Source: Tubulanus polymorphus
Lineage: Eukaryota > Animalia > Nemertea
Assembly: GCF_964204645.1 (NCBI RefSeq)
Contig: NC_134025.1
Location: 10,230,001-10,294,000 of the forward strand
Direction: 5' to 3'
Length of the DNA stretch: 64,000 nt
The position numbers were made by a program, and so were the translations under genes. Under the pieces are notes generated by a model that searched no databases, was not told the DNA's origin, and saw only the letters and a list, made by a program, of their open reading frames with translations. Of this stretch, positions 58,601 to 64,000 are shown piece by piece. The number at the start of each line of letters is the position of its first letter. The first letter of the stretch is position 1.

Positions 58601-59357
58601 CGTTACAAGCTGAAAGAAGACGCTATCGTTTTTGCGCAGATGGATAAAGCATTGCTACGGGAAGACTGGTCGACGATATCTGACCCGGAATTAGAACAGG
58701 TGAGATTGCTGCTGGGATCCGATTAGACCCAAATCAAGAGAATTTTTCATTGAAATATTATTCGTTATTGCTCGTTTTCAGCTGTGTATAGCTCGAGGCT
58801 TAAGTCCAGTCAGCCTCAGCCGTGAAGAAAGGTTGAACTATCTTAAACAGTGGACCACGATATCACAGAAATTAGACGGTATGTATATACAGGGTCCCTA
58901 CAACTCCTTGTGAACAGAAAATGCTTTTTAAATGTGCTTGAAACTATGCCAAAATCCCAATTAAAAACCAGGTTAAGGTAGTGTTAAGGATAAAAATTTG
59001 CTTAGAAAACCATCAAATTGATGGTTTTACCAAGATAAACGGTACCGATTTAGGAGCGAGTCTACAGTTATTGGCATATCAAAGTGGTGAAGACGGGTTC
59101 TTTTCGATATTTTCTCCTTTCAAACTCCTTATATCCAGAAATGACTGATCTGTAGGGACCCTGATGTAGTATATGCATGCTCACAGTGGCCACATAATTA
59201 TATCCAGCCATATTGGATGTTTTCTTAATTTTGTCATCTAATTCTATTTCTTGATTTTGCTTTTTCAGACCAGAGTCTTTCTCTACTACTTCATCTACCG
59301 TGTTTTCTGACTCTAAACCATCCGAATCACGTGATTTATATCGAGCCAAAAACTTGA
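55636..59357 (+). CDS. LETMD1: LETM1 domain-containing protein 1 (mitochondrial)
   Basis: Exons ~55636-55733, 56115-56368, 56860-56972, 57335-57417, 57554-57736, 58305-58406, 58565-58699, 58782-58878, 59269-59357. Motifs LEKRFP, DMLKVAPVLLISALPFG, FPRFLLSRQFWT, LCIARGL, LSLLLHLP. Arg-rich transit-peptide-like N-terminus. Confidence 0.88.
58890..59163. mobile_element. CAGGG-ended MITE (hAT-like)
   Basis: Terminal repeats cagggtccctaca / tgtagggaccctg. Related pieces at ~15840-16063, ~18766-18880 and ~39760-39813. Confidence 0.7.
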
Positions 59358-62300
59358 CAAAAGAAAGGACACTTCTCGGGGACACTTCTTACCGTACTTG
59401 AAAAGGCAGCGTCTGTGATATGATACAGTTATGAACGTTTTTCTGTACACAGAACTTGGAGGAGGTTGTTTGCGTGTGGATTATTGATTGTGAATCAATG
59501 ATCATTGATTGTTCTGGTTGTGGAATATATAAGTGATTGTTGATCGTCTGCTTATGGCGGATTAGTGATTGTCTTAATTGTGATGGATTGTCGATAGTTT
59601 GCATCGCTCTAGTCCGGTGCATTTAGATTATATTTTGTTAAAGTATTATGATTTGCTAGACGAAGGAATTTCAAAGAATAAAATACCGGTTAATTGTAGA
59701 TACATTCGTTCAGTTTATCAAATTTGGTGCAGGTACTCGTGCGGTGCTGGTACATTTTCAAGCCTGGTACCGTCCCCAGAGAAAGCTGCCATTCATGTGT
59801 GAAATCTAGATGATTAATGCCATTGAAAGTGTGATGATTAAATATCTTATGTCATCCGGCATATGCAGTCAATTCATCAGTTTCAATGTCTTGGATCTTA
59901 TTAGTTTGAATGCCTTAGTTAAAGTCCGGACCCCAGCTTTCGTTAGAAAGCTAAAAATCAGGGAAAAAGTCAAGGAAATTTGTGGAGATTGCTATATCAT
60001 GCATATAATCAACAGTTTCTGTCTATGTTGTACATATTTGACTGTGTTAATTGATTGGATTCTTAGCAGATCGAGTCGGGGAAAACAATGTGCATGTCGG
60101 AAAAGCAGGCCACCCTGAAATTGATAGTAATAGTACCAAGTACATGGGACTATGAAATTGGTTTCGAGTTTCAGCCTTTCCTTCGTCTTCAGCCCTTGGA
60201 TTGTGAGAAATCATGGATAGATGGCACTTACATCATCTGTTCTTTTTTCATACACATACACGTACAGATCAATATCTTTACGCCGCCACAGAAAAGTGCT
60301 GTAACAGAAAATGTCAAACCATGGAATGCCGTGACGATAGAAATATATCCAGATACCAGTAGGTACTACAGTATAATACACGGCTGGGGTAATGCATCAA
60401 CATATGTTTCCATTACTTCATCAGACATACTACACTCCTAGGTATTGAAAGAACATTGATTTTTTTTTCAAATGCCAATCCATTTATTATTATTGCACAT
60501 GTAATACAATATTGAGAAAGAATATAATTTGTGTGTTCACTGAAGAATTTAATTCCTTTTTTCGTTTTACATGGAACTAATCTGCTATAAAGAGAGAAAC
60601 AACTGGGTAGCCTTCGCATGACACCAAGTCGGACGTCTCCGTCCCAATTATTGCCGAGAATCGATTACGAGAAATTGAAGCCGAAAGTAGCACGCGATAG
60701 ACTGAGAGATAAAGGCTGCCTTGTTGCCATTTTAGAAGACCACCTTTGATACGTATTTGACATAGGTTACAACATGAATGTATAGGTTCACATCGATTGA
60801 TTAAATGATCACGATAAATTTCCATGCAGGGATTCCACCAAAAAAGTTACAGAAAGTGACGCTTTCTTATACCGACGAAATATTACATCGTACAGTTCAA
60901 ACGAATATCTAATTCGGTAAGATCCACACACTTCCTAGCATTCGTAGAAAAACAGCATTTGAATGGTACTGGTTCAACAAAAAAAAAGAAATGTTATAAA
61001 TTAAAACTTTTCGAAAAAAGTTCCGTTTTTGGTCGCAATATTTTTTCATCACAAATAATAACAGTAATCTCGATCCGTAGAGTAAAATGGTTATAGCAGA
61101 ATTCGTGAATATAGCAGAAGCTACCAAAGCTCTCGATAAATTGCATCATGATTTGAAAATCTCAACAACACGTCAATCGATATTACAGAAAAAAAACGCC
61201 CCTCAATCCGGATCGGTTTAAAGCAGATTTTAACCTTATCGAATCCAAGCCACATTTTTAAAGGTCACTTGTGTTTAAAACTAAGTCCTAAGGCCACCAC
61301 TGCGACTAAGAAAATAAACGAAACACAAGTTATATCGGGCATATGCACTGTGAAAAATGTAGGCGCCAAGCGAGCAGTGGCGTTTAAACCGGGTGGCAAT
61401 ATAAAAAGCTTCGACGTATGTACAACATGATTTTAAATCAGGATTTGTATATAATCTGGATTCGTTTCGATCTGTCCTAAATAATCCGGATTAAGTGGGT
61501 TTTACGCTGTACGACATACAAAATAAAAGACCCATATCAATAAGTTTAAAACCCACTACATGTATATAAACAAGTTTAAAAGACTGATAGCAAATTCTAT
61601 TCATCAAAAATTAAAGATCGAAAGACACATTTCGAACTCTAACTAGACATCATCGTCAGGTGAGACTTTGAAATGTCCGGTCTTTTGATTTAAATTTTTG
61701 ATAAATAAAATTCGCTTTCAATCTTTTAAATTTTGTACACAGCTTGTTTTAAACTTTTTATCTGTTCTCCACGTCATTGTGCGGCTATTCAACCCATATC
61801 GATAAGATATGAATTGAATAATCTTACGCAGTTACTTCGATGATTCATGTTTAACGGAAAGCTCATTAAGTATAAGTTTTCAACCACTCATACTAAGTAC
61901 ACAGATAAAGTGGAGAATATTTCTCGCCAAACCCTCTAATCGCACTTTTTAATGTATACTTTATGAACATTTTCGATCAAAAGACAATCAAACACGAAGG
62001 GACCAGCCTTCCTGATGATTCGGTGATATGTTCATTGCATCAAATACCGTACGAGTATCTTATACATTTGCGAATAAGTTCTGTCAGGACCCAGTTTGAT
62101 GTTTCATCATCAAGTTAATATAACTTTCATTATAATGACTTAAGCCTATGTAGAATGCATATCATTAATACAGAACTAGGCCCGGAAAATTTTTTCGAAA
62201 ACATTCAAATAAATAGATAAATACAACGATATCGAACTTTGCTGCATAAACAAGTGCAAATGAAAATTGACAAACCGATGCAATTTTACACGCGCCTTCG

Positions 62301-62844
62301 ACGAAATGAAATGCAAACATACTTTAACAAAAAAGTCAACACATGAAGAACTCAACTCTGAGAGTTCACTCACGAGTTAAAATCAGCTCATTTTGAAAAA
62401 GTCCAACTTCGGATATTCAACCGAGTTTTCGCGAACGGGATCGCGGTTCGATAAAATAAATACACATGCGTTTTAACAACAGGTCCAGCCTCGAAAAACA
62501 TAAATCAATACATAATTAAATACGAATATTTAATTTGCGGCACCGTATTCAAGAGATAGAGAGATCGAAGAGAGACAGTAAATACACAGTAGAAAAATAA
62601 ATATACAACTACAGTCGATATAGAAGGCAGTGATGAACAGAAGTCGTTGAGATTCGAAGCCAATAACGAAATGCTACGATACATCCTTACATCCTTATCA
62701 ATCAATCTATAAGATAGACATTCACAATTGGTTGCGTGATGTCTCCTAGTATGCCGGTGTAATGTTTATTACAGATTCGTTCGTCCATTCGAGTCCCGAG
62801 AACGCATACGAAGCCTAGATGATCGATTAAAAGAATGGTGATTA

Positions 62845-63070
62845 GGCTAGCAAAAATTAATACCTTGTTTCTCATTTCTGCCGAGCTTACAAGTTGACCC
62901 GGCTGGCCACCTAGCTATCTACCCTGTACATATTTTTTTTTGTGTTAAAATCATGATCAGGCTTACTATAACAGACCCGCCAGCTACAGAAATGAACAGA
63001 TTACAAATTTTATTGCAGCTTTCCAAAGGTACCCGGCCGATTAGGAGAAACAAGCTATCATTTTTTAGCC
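62845..63070 (-). mobile_element. MITE family A copy 5
   Basis: tta|ggctagcaaaaattaataccttgtttctc ... gagaaacaagctatcattttttagcc. Confidence 0.85.
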
Positions 63071-64000
63071 TGAAGTGTTGAATATTTAAGGGTGTGGGTT
63101 AACAGGCAGTTGTCACATCTCATAACAATAGTACAGATCCTGTTTCAATGAACAACTCCACTCCCCCTTTTCCATGGCACATACAACTATTTCTTAAGAT
63201 GCAGATTGATATCGGCATATTAGCCTAACCACGGACGTATCTAGTTCCATGGCACTTTTCCTGCCGAGATAAAGAATGTTACCTCTACTGATGGCTCTTG
63301 TGGTGAATTCTATAATTTGGGTACTCAAACAAGCGCTATGGTGATATTATGGCGAGTCCCTTCACATTATGAGGACGAGGCAGAGCTTGTGTTCTTTAGA
63401 CAGAGCGATACGCTTCATACACATACTACGCTTTAAACTCTAACCCCTTGGCGCTAACTGAATCGATTCATAGTTGAGTTTTATCGTATGTTTAAACCGA
63501 TCGATAAAAGCTTTATATCCACCATCTATGTTGGCTTGAAAATAACTGCGAATGGTTTTTTAAAATCAATTGTACATAACGGTAAACGTCGAGGGTCAAT
63601 AGAAAAAAAAATTATGAAAAGAAACAACATTTCGAAACACGAACGAAAAACTGATAATAAAAATAGTAATTTCAACAAAATAATACCGGCTACATATAAT
63701 CATGGAAATTTCTATATGGTTCATATAGAAATCAACAAATTTTCTCGTGCACGGCCATTCATGAAGTACGTGCACAGCTATTCTGAATATGAAACCACCC
63801 TCAAACACCCATGTACGCTATTTTAAGCATTAGATACATATGGAGAAGGGGCCAATTTTTTGCCCGCTCCCGCCGTAGATTCATGCTTACTTCAGATATG
63901 ACCCCGCGCGATGGTAACTATCATACAATAATATCAATACTATAATCATTATCATAATAAATCACTGATCGCATTGAAAACGCACACAACAACAAATTCA

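Noticed and set aside
59400-64000. Short ORFs after LETMD1 (e.g. 60088-60441, 63488-63826)
   Set aside because: No recognisable motifs or chain of compatible splice sites; consistent with UTR or intergenic DNA.

Overview
This is AT-rich, intron-containing invertebrate animal DNA. A lophotrochozoan origin is plausible but cannot be proven from the window. Eight spliced genes can be reconstructed from GT-AG boundaries and remembered orthologue sequences: the 3' part of CRIM1 (+), MGME1 (-), SNX5/6 (+), NPC2 (+), SIRT2 (-), BAHD1 (+), TMEM163 (-) and LETMD1 (+). They include three head-to-head pairs. Introns and intergenic DNA are full of short non-autonomous DNA transposons (GGC-ended, TTAA/piggyBac-like, CAGT/pogo-like, CAGGG/hAT-like, one long foldback), some nested, plus tRNA-derived SINE remnants. 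I saw no CRISPR, rRNA, intact tRNA or transposase. The most notable observations are: (1) the MGME1/SNX5-6 divergent pair mirrors the human MGME1/SNX5 arrangement; (2) the palindrome TAGGCCTA is strongly over-represented and clusters near promoters, and may be the excision footprint of a TA-targeting, GGC-ended MITE family present here; (3) BAHD1 carries a Cys-Asn-Trp repeat in a Q/N-rich region and a possible overlapping uORF. Exon coordinates were read by eye and may be off by a few bases.
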